Shown here: positions 1-10,156 of the stretch, piece after piece
Layout of the letters: the number at the start of each line of letters is the position of its first letter
Numbering within the stretch: the first letter of the stretch is position 1
Origin: Ostreococcus lucimarinus
Lineage: Eukaryota
Length of the DNA: 64,000 bases
Strand: one strand, 5' to 3'
Assembly (NCBI GenBank): GCA_000092065.1
Contig: CP000581.1
The notes under the pieces: model-generated
Told to the model about the DNA's origin: nothing
Seen by the model: the letters and a program-made list of their open reading frames with translations, nothing else
Databases searched by the model: none
Translations under genes and position numbers: made by a program

Positions 1-964
1 TGGTGTAGTAGTTCGGTCTGTAAGTCCCGCTTGGACTCGACTTCTGTTGTTGCGGCGCGCTCGAGGTGAACTTGGGATTGAGCAATGTCACGTGCCCATC
101 AGCCGAGCGACCAATGTTCGAAGGCTTCTTCACTTCGACCGGCGCCGGCGCCGGCGGTGCGACGGCGGGCGCTGGGGGCGACACGACGGTGACTTCTTCT
201 TCATCCGATTGCTCGCCCATTGCCGGTTCCTCTTCTTCCGCCAGCGGTTCGGTTGAAGTAAAGCCCGGCGAAGTCGCAGGCGCCTTTGCCATCGCTCCCG
301 GCCCAGTTTTCGTCTTCGGTAAGCTCATCATCGGCCGTTTCGCGAAAATCGAACTTCTCGGCTTCGACGGTAATGGTTTCTTCACCTCTACCGCGCGTTT
401 CACCGCCACTTCCGCCGGTTTCGACTCCACCACCTTCTTCGCCGCCGCCGGCGCGGCTTCCTTCTCGGCGAGTTTGAAAAAGTCATCCTCCTCCAACACG
501 TCCCCCCCCCGTGGCGATCTCGGCGACGTCGGCGCCTCCCCACTCGACCTCAACGCCTCGACCTCCTTCGCGATCTGTTTCGCGTACAACATCGCCGCTC
601 GAGACGTATACTTTTGCCCGATGCGTCCTCGTTCCGCCGCGCTCCACCCGTGCTTTGAAAAAAACGCCCTCGCCTTATCGTTCCCTTTCGTCACCCTGAA
701 CACGTCCAGCTCGTTCGCGCTCCACCGATCCATGTTCGCGCTCTTCACCATGCTCACGTGCACCCCGAGCGATCGATGGACGCCCGAGCAGTCGAGACAG
801 ACGAAGACGCCAAAGTTTTTCGACGTCCACTTCGGGCACGGCGATCCGCAATCGAAGCACGCACGATTACCACCCTTGCGCAGGAGCGCGCCGAACAGTG
901 CATCGCGCGCGGCGTCGTCGATCGCCTTCGCGTTCGCGGCGTCGGCGCGCTCGGGCGGCGCCAT
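1..964 (-). CDS. ADP-ribosylation factor GTPase-activating protein (ArfGAP), 3'-truncated at window edge
   Basis: Reverse-strand translation from ATG (plus cat 962-964) gives [82 protein letters not shown]..., the canonical ArfGAP C4 zinc-finger signature. The ORF stays open to position 1, so it is absent from the track (no stop). Confidence 0.75.
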   Translation of the reverse strand, partial: MAPPERADAANAKAIDDAARDALFGALLRKGGNRACFDCGSPCPKWTSKNFGVFVCLDCSGVHRSLGVHVSMVKSANMDRWSANELDVFRVTKGNDKARAFFSKHGWSAAERGRIGQKYTSRAAMLYAKQIAKEVEALRSSGEAPTSPRSPRGGDVLEEDDFFKLAEKEAAPAAAKKVVESKPAEVAVKRAVEVKKPLPSKPRSSIFAKRPMMSLPKTKTGPGAMAKAPATSPGFTSTEPLAEEEEPAMGEQSDEEEVTVVSPPAPAVAPPAPAPVEVKKPSNIGRSADGHVTLLNPKFTSSAPQQQKSSPSGTYRPNYYT

Positions 965-1471
965 GTTCGCGTCGTCGCGTGCCGCGCGGCGAGATCGAAT
1001 CGACGATCCGTAACCGTAACACGGACCACCGCCCGACGTTCGAATTCAAATCGCGACAGCTCGACGACGCACACGGCGACGCGCGCGCCATCGCCCGGCG
1101 CGATGACGACGACGACGATCGCGCGGTGCGTCGAACTCGCGGACGAACTCCGTCGTGGGTCCGCGCAAGGCGGCGATGGTCGCGCGAAACGAGGCGCGAC
1201 GACGCGCGATGCGGCGACGGTGTTGGAGGTGCGGCGATGCGATTTGAATCTCGCGCGCGCGCGATCGCGCGCGCGCGACGCGACGCGCGCGCGGTCGGGC
1301 GAGGACGGCGCGCGAGGGGCGAAGGACGATTTGACTGACGATGCGGTGTCGCGGAACGGCGACGATGACGCGCGACGGTAGGCGTTGGCGGACGCGCTGA
1401 GCAAGGTGGACCAGGGCGGGGAGGGCGCGAAGGCGCTCGAGTCGACGACGAAGACGCTCACGACGCGGAAG

Positions 1472-4400
1472 ATGATGACGAACGAGAGTAAGAAGGTTCG
1501 GGTGTTGACGGCGCTGTGCGTGTCGGATATCATGCGCGTGTGCGCGCCGGAGGCGCCGATTGCGGGGGATGAGGCGATGCGAGACGTGTACGAATTGTTC
1601 TTGGACGCGCTGGGGAGTTTGAAATCCATCGAGAGCGAGGAATTCGAAGCGGCGAAGAGTTTGTTGGTGAACGTGGCGAACATTGGGCTGTGCGTGCCGA
1701 TGTTGGATTTGGAGTGCGCCGGCGCGGAGACGCTCGTGCGCGATCTGTTCAAGGTTTTACTGGACGCGGTGAACGCGGCCAACTCGACCACGGTGACGGA
1801 AGAAATCAGCAAGGTGCTATCGACGATGATTGAAGAAAGCTCGGACGAGGACACTCCGGTGCCTTCTGACGTGACGTTTGAGGTGTTGTCGCGGTTGATT
1901 GATCCCGTGCGCACGGAGAATCCGGCGTCGTACATGTTAGCGGGCGAACTCGTTCGAAAGTGCGAGCATCAGCTGCACACGCCGATTCAGACGTTTTTGA
2001 CGCAGGCGATGCATGGACTCGTGGATGAAGACGACGCGCTCGCGTCCTTGAGTAAACGTCACGTGGATATCATCGAAGAAATCGCGGTATGCGATCCCAC
2101 GGCGCTCGTCACCGTATGGCCTTCGGTGACGGACGATTTGCAGGCGGATGATTTGAGCACGCGACTGCGAGCGGTGAAGCTCTTCCGTCGAGTGTTCGCG
2201 TACGAGGGATCAACAACGGCCGAGGATTACCCGCACTTGCTGCTCGAGTTCGTTCGTCGATTTAACGACAAGGCGGTTGAAGTTCGCGCGGAAATGATCA
2301 AGTGGAGCTCGAAGTTTTTGAAGACACGCGTCGATCCAAACGCCGCGCTCACCTCTGTGCCGGCGGCGACCGTCATGAAGCAACTACGAGAGCGTTTACA
2401 TGATTTCGACGACACGATTCGTACGGCGTCCATCAACGCGTTGTGTGACGTGTTAGACAAACCGACTTCGACTGAGATTTTCCCGCATGATCTCGTTCTT
2501 GAGATCGGTGAACGCATCAAGGACAAGAAATCGGGGGTGCGAAAGACGGCGCTGAAACGCTTGTGCATCGCGTACCGCGCGTACGCGCAACGCTGCGCCG
2601 ATGACGTGCCGGCTTGGGAAATGAAACGATTTGACTGGATCCCGGGCGCTCTTCTGCGTGCTATCACGATTCCAGATGTGCGCTTACACGTCGTCGAGCC
2701 CGTGCTCGCGATGCTTTTCCCGGCCAAGATGTCCGCCGACTTGCGCAGCACCTTCTGGCTGCGCGCTTTGAACCTCGCCGACGCGTTCACCGTTCGATGC
2801 TTGAAGCATTTCTTGCTCGCCAAGTCTCGTATTCAAGCCGACATGCGTGAGTACTTGCTCCTTCGTTCGAAACTGAGCAAGATGAACAAGAAGGAAGGCG
2901 ACGCTGCGTTGACGAAGATCGTAGACGCCATCAAGGTGCACTTTCCGGATAAGCAAAAGGCGAAAACGGCGATGATGGCGTTACATGCGCAGAAAGATGG
3001 GAATGTTTTCAGATGCATTCAAACTATGTTGAATCCGGAGACTTCTTTCGCGAACGCGGTGAAGGCTGAAGAGGACGCCACAAAGCGTGCGAAGTCTAGT
3101 TCACAAGCGGTGGATCAAGAATTCATTAAGACACTATTGTTGAAGATCCAGTCCGCGCCGTTTGGACGTGAGCACGTGCGCGGCACCCTCAAGGCCGCAT
3201 GTAAGGCTACTCGAGCCGCGCAAACGTCAAAGAACACCAGCACCCCTCAAGGAGTTGTCGTCGCACTCGAACACTTGTGCATTCTCGCTGAAACATTCCC
3301 CAAACTGTTCTCCGGATGTGGCGATGAGATTGACGAATTACTCGATGCTAATGATCAATTGACGGTTACATCTACGTGCAAGGTTGTTTCAGAAGCCGCG
3401 GCGGCGCTCAAAGTAACTCCTCGCCGAGGGTCGATTTGGGAAAAGTTGAAGGTGAAGTGCTCGAGCGGCGATCGAAAGCAAGCCAAGTTGGCGACGAAGG
3501 CGCTCGGTTTGTTACAAATGGATCTCGACGAGCGAATCGATGCCACTGATATCATCGCTGGAGCGACTGCCGGGCAGTTGAGCGATGTTTATCTCCATAT
3601 CGTCGAACTTCTCGCCGAAGACTTGGTCGCCGACTCTGATCTCCCCGCCGTGCTCGGCGCCGTCGGCAGCATCGGCACTTTGCACCAGCAAATCTTCATG
3701 TTACAACTCGCCGAAGTCGAGCAGTACGTGGTCCACACCCTTTTGACGCGTCCACCACCAACGGGCCGCATCGCCGTCGGTGTCGTGAGCGATCTCGCGA
3801 CTTTGCAAGCGTATGGTTTGAAGGCGCTTGCCAAGGCGGCGGCGCATCGTTCCGCCGCCGATACCGTCGAGTCCTCCTTCACTACACGCGTGATCGAGCT
3901 GCTCCATAGCTATGCCGATATCGACTCTTACAAGAATGATGGTATGTTTGCGGAATACTCAGGCACAGATGCTGCGCATTTGCGATTCACCGCATGCAAG
4001 GCAATGCTTGGTATTTCTCGCAACGCGGCGATTGGCTTGGTCAAACCCGACGCCTGGATTTGCGTCTCCATGTTCTTGCATCAGTGTGAGTCCGCGACGA
4101 TGCGCCGCGAAATGGTCGCTAAGTTGAAGAGTGGTCTTGTCGTGCGCCCGGGCGAACGAATGCTCTCCATGATGTGGGCAGCGACGCTCGCGCTCGCGCT
4201 CGTCGACAAGGACAAGAGCGTGCGCGACTCGGCCAACGATGTGTTTGCGAACTGGGTCGCGGCTCAACGGCAAAGATCTGCGGCGATTGCGGCGCAAGCG
4301 GCTACAAAGAAAACCAACGATGACCCATCGCAAAAGTTTTTGATCGTCCACATGCCCGAGTACGTGCTTGTGTACATGGTGTTCCTTCTGACGCGCCACC

Positions 4401-5266
4401 CGCTCGCTCCGAAGACTGCAGAGGAAGGCATGGAGGAGCGCGGGCAGAAGTGGCGTCAAGTGCAGCTGATCATGTCCGCCGCCATTTCTTCTCTGACGCA
4501 CGGTACGAATGGTGATGCAATTCCCGTCACGTGCAAGATGCTACGCCGTTTGAAGACGACGCTCGATAAGGTGAATCCGGGCAACTCGGATTTGATTTAC
4601 TCGCTGAGCGATTTAGCGTTGTTCCTCGTCGTCGATCAGGCCGGCACGAAGGGCTGGGATACGAGTAAGTTTCCTGGACACGTGGTGTATCCGGCACAGC
4701 TTTACAAGACGACGCAGTTTATGGCGAGTGGTCCTCCAGCGAAAGAAGGTGCGCAGCCCGGTCTCGGCGATTACAGTCACTTGCCACGCGGTTACGTTAT
4801 CGTGCGTTCGGTGCCGATCGCATCAACGTCGACCACAACCGCCAAGACGAACGCAAAGGCTACTCAGAAACGATCGCGAAGCAAATCTTCGTCTGCGGCG
4901 ACGACGAGCAAGAGTGCGAAGACGCTGAAGCAAACCAAGTTGTCATTCGCAGCGGGAACTCGAGCGATGCCCGAGCGCACCGCGCGAAGAGACGCCGTCG
5001 TCGACGTCGGCGATCGCGACATTGACAATGAATTCGATGATGAGTACGAAAGTGAAGATGACTACGACGAAATTGACGCGAACACGGCGCTTGTCGTTGT
5101 GTCGTCGCCGCCGACCTCGCCTGGGCCGTTGTCGGAAAACACCACTGCGCACACGCAAGCTAGAAAACGCAAGGTCGACAAAGCGCCTCGCGCGTCGGAC
5201 TTGGACGAACCCATGGTCAGTGCCGTGGACCCCGAGGAAAAACGCTCGAGAAGACGACGAAGATAA
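1472..5266 (+). CDS. PDS5: Sister chromatid cohesion protein PDS5 homolog (HEAT-repeat protein)
   Basis: 1293-aa ORF 1385..5266. The N-terminal block KKVRVLTALCVSDIMRVCAPEAPIAGDEAMRDVYELFL...LVNVANIGLCVPMLDLECAGAETLVRDLFKVLLDAVN matches the conserved PDS5 N-terminus, and the tail is basic with K/R-rich patches. The track start 1385 is TTG; the first ATG is 1472. The N-terminus may extend further via an upstream exon. Confidence 0.65.
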   Translation: MMTNESKKVRVLTALCVSDIMRVCAPEAPIAGDEAMRDVYELFLDALGSLKSIESEEFEAAKSLLVNVANIGLCVPMLDLECAGAETLVRDLFKVLLDAVNAANSTTVTEEISKVLSTMIEESSDEDTPVPSDVTFEVLSRLIDPVRTENPASYMLAGELVRKCEHQLHTPIQTFLTQAMHGLVDEDDALASLSKRHVDIIEEIAVCDPTALVTVWPSVTDDLQADDLSTRLRAVKLFRRVFAYEGSTTAEDYPHLLLEFVRRFNDKAVEVRAEMIKWSSKFLKTRVDPNAALTSVPAATVMKQLRERLHDFDDTIRTASINALCDVLDKPTSTEIFPHDLVLEIGERIKDKKSGVRKTALKRLCIAYRAYAQRCADDVPAWEMKRFDWIPGALLRAITIPDVRLHVVEPVLAMLFPAKMSADLRSTFWLRALNLADAFTVRCLKHFLLAKSRIQADMREYLLLRSKLSKMNKKEGDAALTKIVDAIKVHFPDKQKAKTAMMALHAQKDGNVFRCIQTMLNPETSFANAVKAEEDATKRAKSSSQAVDQEFIKTLLLKIQSAPFGREHVRGTLKAACKATRAAQTSKNTSTPQGVVVALEHLCILAETFPKLFSGCGDEIDELLDANDQLTVTSTCKVVSEAAAALKVTPRRGSIWEKLKVKCSSGDRKQAKLATKALGLLQMDLDERIDATDIIAGATAGQLSDVYLHIVELLAEDLVADSDLPAVLGAVGSIGTLHQQIFMLQLAEVEQYVVHTLLTRPPPTGRIAVGVVSDLATLQAYGLKALAKAAAHRSAADTVESSFTTRVIELLHSYADIDSYKNDGMFAEYSGTDAAHLRFTACKAMLGISRNAAIGLVKPDAWICVSMFLHQCESATMRREMVAKLKSGLVVRPGERMLSMMWAATLALALVDKDKSVRDSANDVFANWVAAQRQRSAAIAAQAATKKTNDDPSQKFLIVHMPEYVLVYMVFLLTRHPLAPKTAEEGMEERGQKWRQVQLIMSAAISSLTHGTNGDAIPVTCKMLRRLKTTLDKVNPGNSDLIYSLSDLALFLVVDQAGTKGWDTSKFPGHVVYPAQLYKTTQFMASGPPAKEGAQPGLGDYSHLPRGYVIVRSVPIASTSTTTAKTNAKATQKRSRSKSSSAATTSKSAKTLKQTKLSFAAGTRAMPERTARRDAVVDVGDRDIDNEFDDEYESEDDYDEIDANTALVVVSSPPTSPGPLSENTTAHTQARKRKVDKAPRASDLDEPMVSAVDPEEKRSRRRRR

Positions 5267-5365
5267 ACGCACGACAATAATGTACCAGATAACGACACGT
5301 TAGACAACTAGATGAACGCCCGATAGATTTTTGACATGTACGAAAATGATATTACACAACCATCG

Positions 5366-6367
5366 TTACAGACGCGTCGACCACTCGTTGGTCGACTCGC
5401 TCTTGAATTTGTCTCCAAAAATGTGCAAGAAGACGCCGACCGCGCCTAATCCTGAGCACAAGCTTCCGGCCAAAAAGTAACAGGCTGGAAATACGAGGTT
5501 GCGTCCGCCGATCCAACTGTTTGTCGCCAATACAACGGCCTTTTCACCGTTAAACTTGTACGTGTTGTAGCGATTCTGTATCGTAAACGTGATCGTGTCG
5601 CCCTTGGCAATATCCGCATTGATCACGCCGACGAGTTTACGGAACTTACTCAGCGCCGCAGTGCGCATCCACGTCGCGAAGTCTTCGTCTGTGTCGACGT
5701 TGCCCGTAATCTGCCCCCCACCGCGAGTCGCTTGATCCGTATTCATATTCGTCGGTGCGTAATCCCCGAGCTTATACTTCAGATCCGATTTCCACGCGAT
5801 GTTCGCAGAGTCGATGGTCGTCGCCGCGCCGTTCACCGCCACCGCGTACGAATCGTTGAAAAAACTCCACGCCTGCACGCCGCAAGGGCTAATCTCGGCC
5901 CCCGCCGACGTCTTTTCGTGCGTCGTGCACAAGCCTTGAGACGGTTTCCCCATCAATTGGAAGTAATCCAAGTCCCTCACGAACGCGCGATGATTCTGGA
6001 AAAAGTTGCTCAATTCGTAGTACACGTACACCGGCTTGTTCATGTTCGACTTCGCCGTGAGCGTCACCGTGCACGTCGTCCCCGCGCCGTTAAACGACAT
6101 TTGCATCGCCTGTTCCGCCGAGGTCGGGAAAAATCCGCTCGCGCACGTCGCCGCGTCGTCGTATCTCTTCACCAGCGTGCGCAGATCGTTGGCGGTGTTG
6201 AAGATCGCCGCACCGACGGCGAAACACGCGACGCCGATGCTGATCATCAACTTCGCCGTGAGCGCGGGCGTGAGCGCCGGTCGCCTGGCCCAGAGCTGCT
6301 GCTGCGAGAACGCGCTGAACGCGGGCTTGCGCGACGTCGGCGCGGTCGTCCGCGCGGCGCCGGCCAT
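5366..6367 (-). CDS. CDC50/LEM3 (TMEM30) family P4-ATPase flippase beta subunit
   Basis: 333 aa with two transmembrane segments flanking a large ectodomain. It carries the CDC50 hallmark YYELSNFFQNHRAFVRD. Confidence 0.8.
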   Translation of the reverse strand: MAGAARTTAPTSRKPAFSAFSQQQLWARRPALTPALTAKLMISIGVACFAVGAAIFNTANDLRTLVKRYDDAATCASGFFPTSAEQAMQMSFNGAGTTCTVTLTAKSNMNKPVYVYYELSNFFQNHRAFVRDLDYFQLMGKPSQGLCTTHEKTSAGAEISPCGVQAWSFFNDSYAVAVNGAATTIDSANIAWKSDLKYKLGDYAPTNMNTDQATRGGGQITGNVDTDEDFATWMRTAALSKFRKLVGVINADIAKGDTITFTIQNRYNTYKFNGEKAVVLATNSWIGGRNLVFPACYFLAGSLCSGLGAVGVFLHIFGDKFKSESTNEWSTRL

Positions 6368-6477
6368 CGCGCGCGAGTCGATATCGTCGCGAAATCGCGT
6401 CGCCGAATGCGGAAGCCGTTGCGAGCCCCGCCGCGGGCTCGCTCCGCACTCGCGCGCGCGCGGTCGTCGCGCTCGCG

Positions 6478-7752
6478 ATGAGCGAACACAAGAAACTGAT
6501 GCGGATGACCGCGCGAGCGTTCTACGCCACGAGCTACGCGCGCGAACGCCTCAACGCGCGCGCGGTGGCGCCGAAACCGACGACGTCGACCGACAAAGCC
6601 AACTCTGGGGACGTCGCGATGATGGACGTGGGCGCCGCGCCGAGCGCGGTCAAGGCGCCGGTGGTGGATAAAAAGACGAAGATCGATGATCCGCGCGTCG
6701 TGGAGGTGGTCGTGGACGCGCTGACGCGACGGACGTGGACGAGAGAGGATGATTTAGCGAACGATCTCAAGTTGAGTTTCAAGCAAGTGCGCAAGTTGTT
6801 GACGTACCTCGAGCGAGAGAAGCTCGTATCGCGGGCGCACGTTCGGGAGAAGGATAAGGCGCGCGCGCAGGCGTTGGCGGAGCGTGGGATAACGGATGCG
6901 CCGGACGTGAAGAAGACGGTGAGTTGGTGCTCGTTGAATTACGGACGCGCGCTCGACGTGACGAGGTATCGGCTGCACGTGATGAAGAAGCAGGCGAGAC
7001 AACGCGTGGATAAGGGCAAGATACACGAGGTGTACGTGTGCGTCGGGCCGACGGAATTTTGTGGGAAGATTTACTCGAGCTTGGACGCGGCGGCGCTGTT
7101 GGATCCGGTGGAGATGGTTTTCAAGTGCTCGAATTGCGGGTGCGAGGTGCGGCAGGCGGGGAAGGACGGGGCGCCTGAACCGGAGGGTGCGGCGAGAGAG
7201 ACCAAAGAAAGCTTGCAGCGGCGATACGACGAACTCGAGCGCCAATTTAAGCCCTTGGAGGCGCAGCTTGCGAAGGCGATGAAGACACCGGCGCCGTTGT
7301 ACGGGACGTTGACGGAGTGGGCGGTGGCGAGAAAGCGATACTCTCAAAACAAGGGCGGCGGCGGCGGTGGCGGCGGTGGGCGGCGAGGCGGTGCCGCACT
7401 CGATGTGCACCTCGAGGAGACTAAATTTGTCGTCGAACTCGGGTCCACGGCGGAGGAACAACAGAAGCAGGCCGAGATTGACGCCATAAAGGTTCAACCA
7501 GAGTGGGTGACGCGCAACCAATTCGAGAAGGAGGATGCCGCGCAGGGCGCCGCGGCGAACGGCGAAGATGCGAAGGATGCGGCGGCGAAACCAACGGCAG
7601 ATAATGAAGTGCAAGAGCAATACCTGCAAGCTTTGCTCTCAGCACTACAAAAACAGCAGGGCGGAAAGAAGCCCGAAGACAAAAAGGAAGAGGTGGCGGC
7701 TGACGTCGCCGCTGCCGTCGACGATATGTTCGACGAGTGGGAGGACGTGTGA
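6478..7752 (+). CDS. GTF2E1: General transcription factor TFIIE alpha subunit
   Basis: Winged-helix region VVEVVVDALTRRTWTREDDLANDLKLSFKQVRKLLTYLEREKLV followed by a zinc ribbon YVCVGPTEFCGKIYSSLDAAALLDPVEMVFKCSNCGCEV (C-x2-C...C-x2-C) and an acidic C-terminus DDMFDEWEDV. Starts with a real ATG at 6478. Confidence 0.7.
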   Translation: MSEHKKLMRMTARAFYATSYARERLNARAVAPKPTTSTDKANSGDVAMMDVGAAPSAVKAPVVDKKTKIDDPRVVEVVVDALTRRTWTREDDLANDLKLSFKQVRKLLTYLEREKLVSRAHVREKDKARAQALAERGITDAPDVKKTVSWCSLNYGRALDVTRYRLHVMKKQARQRVDKGKIHEVYVCVGPTEFCGKIYSSLDAAALLDPVEMVFKCSNCGCEVRQAGKDGAPEPEGAARETKESLQRRYDELERQFKPLEAQLAKAMKTPAPLYGTLTEWAVARKRYSQNKGGGGGGGGGRRGGAALDVHLEETKFVVELGSTAEEQQKQAEIDAIKVQPEWVTRNQFEKEDAAQGAAANGEDAKDAAAKPTADNEVQEQYLQALLSALQKQQGGKKPEDKKEEVAADVAAAVDDMFDEWEDV

Positions 7753-7835
7753 CCACGCTGTGCTCGTTCTAATCAAGATTGATTTAGCTATCATCAATAC
7801 CGATCTGATTTAGACTACACTGTACGTTGATTTTG

Positions 7836-7840
7836 TTACA
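7836..7840 (-). promoter_or_regulatory. Candidate TGTAA polyadenylation signal for the UTP7 transcript
   Basis: Plus-strand ttaca, which is TGTAA on the minus strand, lies 12 nt after the UTP7 stop. TGTAA is the green-algal poly(A) signal. Confidence 0.3.
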
Positions 7841-7851
7841 CACGCGCGATG

Positions 7852-9657
7852 TTACTTGTAGAAACGCCGGAGCGCCTTTGACGTGCCTTCGGGCGCGTAC
7901 GGCGCCGAAGAAGCGGCGCCTGCCGTCGATCCGGGCGCGGCGACGCCACCGCGCTTTTCGGTGATACCAGCTTCGCGCAAACGCTTCGCTTCCATCTTTG
8001 CCAATTTCTTGTCGTCGATGACGTTCAACTGCTTCTTTCTATACCTCTTTGACGTCCTATTCTTGCCCTTCATCTTCGTCTTTTCTTCATTCTTGTCGCG
8101 CTGAGCCTTTCTCGACGACAGCTCAGCCTCGATCGCTTGCTGACGACGCTCAGCTTGTACCTCCTTCGGCACTGCTCGAAGCTTACCGACAGCATCGGGG
8201 TCGAGCTGAATAGTTTCCGAAGGAAGTTTATCGAGCAAACGCGCGACTTCTTGCTCGCGGCGCTGGCCCTTCGTCTCGTACGGGTTCGCCACAAACGTGT
8301 CAAAGTTCGGTTCACCAGCACCTGGAATGAGTAAACTCGTGAATCCACGCGTGTGTCCGACACCTAAAACATCGTCGTACGGGCAAAACTTCATGGAGTT
8401 GATTTTTTGTCCGTGGGAAAACTGGTGCTTCATGTACGGCGAATTTTGCTTCGTCGAGAGTGCGTCCTTCCAGATTTGCACCGTGCTCCCCCAACCAACG
8501 GCGAGCATGCCGCGCTGGGAGATTTGAATGTGATCTGACGGCTGCGCCGAGTAGTACGCGTGTACGGGCATGTACGTGCGCAAATCCCAAACCTTGACTT
8601 GTCCGTCTGATCCCGAAGTCACCATGTACTTACCCCCGTTGTCAATCGCCACTCCTCGCACGGTGCCTCGATGACATAACATCTTCACCAGTGATGTGCC
8701 TTGATTCGGGCTCCACAAAGTCACAGTTCCGTTTTTATGGCCGCAATGCACGACGGCGTTATAATTGCTGTGCGTCATCGCGTTACACTCGCCGAGTTTG
8801 GTGCGATACTGCGCCACAATTTTCCCGTACGTCGTGTCTTGCCAGCGCAAAATCCCTTGATTCCCAATCGAACATAGCAAAAAGTGCTTCGGTAAAAATG
8901 TGAGCTTATTGACATGCATATGATCGTTCAAGCAGTGAACCTCCAGGCCTCGCTTATCGTAAATGTACGTGTACTTGTCTTGCGCCGCGGCGTAAAACTG
9001 TTCGTTGTGCAAAAACTTGACATCTTTCACCGTTTCACGCGCATCCGTCTCGCTAATCATATAATGACGCTGCCACTCCATCATGCTTAGCGCGCCCTCG
9101 CTCGAACCTAACAACAACTCTCGTCCGTTTTGCGAATAATCGACGTAGTACCGTCCCGTTCCCGGCACGTCCAAATCAAACGCCTTCTTCGCGGCGTTCA
9201 CATCCACATTATTCACGATATCCCGCTGTTGATACTGATACGTCCTCTCGCCCTCATCCGCCTCGAGCACTCCCGGTTCTTCGCTCGCCAACCACTTCTC
9301 GTGCGTCGCCGCCGCCGTCGCCGCCTCGTCGGCCAAATTTTGACTCTCTCGCAGCGTCGCGCGCACCTTCTTATCGCTCACGTGCTTGCTCGACACCCGC
9401 TCGCCGACGCGATACTTTTTCGCGCGCTCGCGAAGGTCTTTATCGTACTTTTTCTGTCGGCGCGCCACCGCCTCGGCGTTCATCGCGTCGTCCTCGCGTC
9501 GTCCCGTCGTCGCACCGCCGCCGCCGCCATCATCCTTCGCGCCTCCCACTCGCGCCTCCCGTTCGTACGCCGCCGTCGACGCGTTCAGCGCCGCGAACGT
9601 CGCGTCGAGCGCGGCGTCGCCGTCGGCGTCGTCGTCGTCGCGTCGTCGTCGTCCCAT
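7852..9657 (-). CDS. UTP7: U3 snoRNP protein UTP7 / WDR46 (BING4) WD40-repeat protein
   Basis: 601 aa. WD40 repeats with the conserved UTP7 blocks LEVHCLNDHMHVNKLTFLPKHFLLCSIGNQGILRWQD...NAVVHCGHKNGTVTLWSPN...KMLCHRGTVRGVAIDNGGKYMVTSGSDGQVKVWDLR and a basic BING4 C-terminal region. ATG at 9657. Confidence 0.75.
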   Translation of the reverse strand: MGRRRRDDDDADGDAALDATFAALNASTAAYEREARVGGAKDDGGGGGATTGRREDDAMNAEAVARRQKKYDKDLRERAKKYRVGERVSSKHVSDKKVRATLRESQNLADEAATAAATHEKWLASEEPGVLEADEGERTYQYQQRDIVNNVDVNAAKKAFDLDVPGTGRYYVDYSQNGRELLLGSSEGALSMMEWQRHYMISETDARETVKDVKFLHNEQFYAAAQDKYTYIYDKRGLEVHCLNDHMHVNKLTFLPKHFLLCSIGNQGILRWQDTTYGKIVAQYRTKLGECNAMTHSNYNAVVHCGHKNGTVTLWSPNQGTSLVKMLCHRGTVRGVAIDNGGKYMVTSGSDGQVKVWDLRTYMPVHAYYSAQPSDHIQISQRGMLAVGWGSTVQIWKDALSTKQNSPYMKHQFSHGQKINSMKFCPYDDVLGVGHTRGFTSLLIPGAGEPNFDTFVANPYETKGQRREQEVARLLDKLPSETIQLDPDAVGKLRAVPKEVQAERRQQAIEAELSSRKAQRDKNEEKTKMKGKNRTSKRYRKKQLNVIDDKKLAKMEAKRLREAGITEKRGGVAAPGSTAGAASSAPYAPEGTSKALRRFYK

Positions 9658-9752
9658 CGCTCGCGTCGCGGCGTCGAGTTGTCCCGTCCCGCCCGGGACG
9701 CGCGCGCGTCACACCGCGCCGCCGCATCGCGACGACGCGACGACGCGACGCC

Positions 9753-9998
9753 ATGGCGCACGAACAGAACCCCGAGGCGGTGATGCACCAAGTCAAAGCC
9801 GAGCTCGCGAACGCGTACGCGCAGGAGTTCTTCACGACGGTTCGGGACAAGTGCTTTCAAAAGTGCGTCACCAAACCGGGCGGGTCGATGTCGAGCGGCG
9901 AAGCGACGTGCCTGTCGAGGTGCACGGACAGGTACGTCGAGGCGACGAAGATGATTTCGCACGTCGTGTTGCAAGCGTACTCCAAGGGTGGGGTGTGA
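9753..9998 (+). CDS. TIM13: Mitochondrial import inner membrane translocase subunit Tim13 (small Tim, twin Cx3C)
   Basis: 81 aa with the twin CX3C motifs CFQKC...CLSRC. DKCFQKCVTKPG and ATCLSRCTDRYV match the Tim13 blocks. It is transcribed divergently from UTP7, 95 bp apart. Confidence 0.8.
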   Translation: MAHEQNPEAVMHQVKAELANAYAQEFFTTVRDKCFQKCVTKPGGSMSSGEATCLSRCTDRYVEATKMISHVVLQAYSKGGV

Positions 9999-10156
9999 TC
10001 GATCGCGAGGCGGTGAACGGCGAGAGCGGGAGGAGGGGTCGCCGGGAGGCGCGAGAGGCGGATCGGCGCGCGAAGATGATTGTAATAAGTAATCGATGCG
10101 TAGAATTGAAAGAATCGGTTAATGTTGTCAATGCGTGATGGTGTCGTGCGTCGCGC

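Noticed and set aside
1385-1471. Track-reported ORF starts at 1385, 17444, 20688, 25493, 36233, 46503, 50942, 50960 and 52061
   Set aside because: These starts are TTG or GTG codons rendered as M by the ORF caller. I moved the starts to the first in-frame ATG, or to a spliced upstream exon where evidence existed.
754-1935. 393-aa minus-strand ORF overlapping the ArfGAP/PDS5 promoter and PDS5 5' end
   Set aside because: Low-complexity S/T/R-rich translation. It is antisense to the well-supported PDS5 start and in a different frame from the real ArfGAP reading frame.
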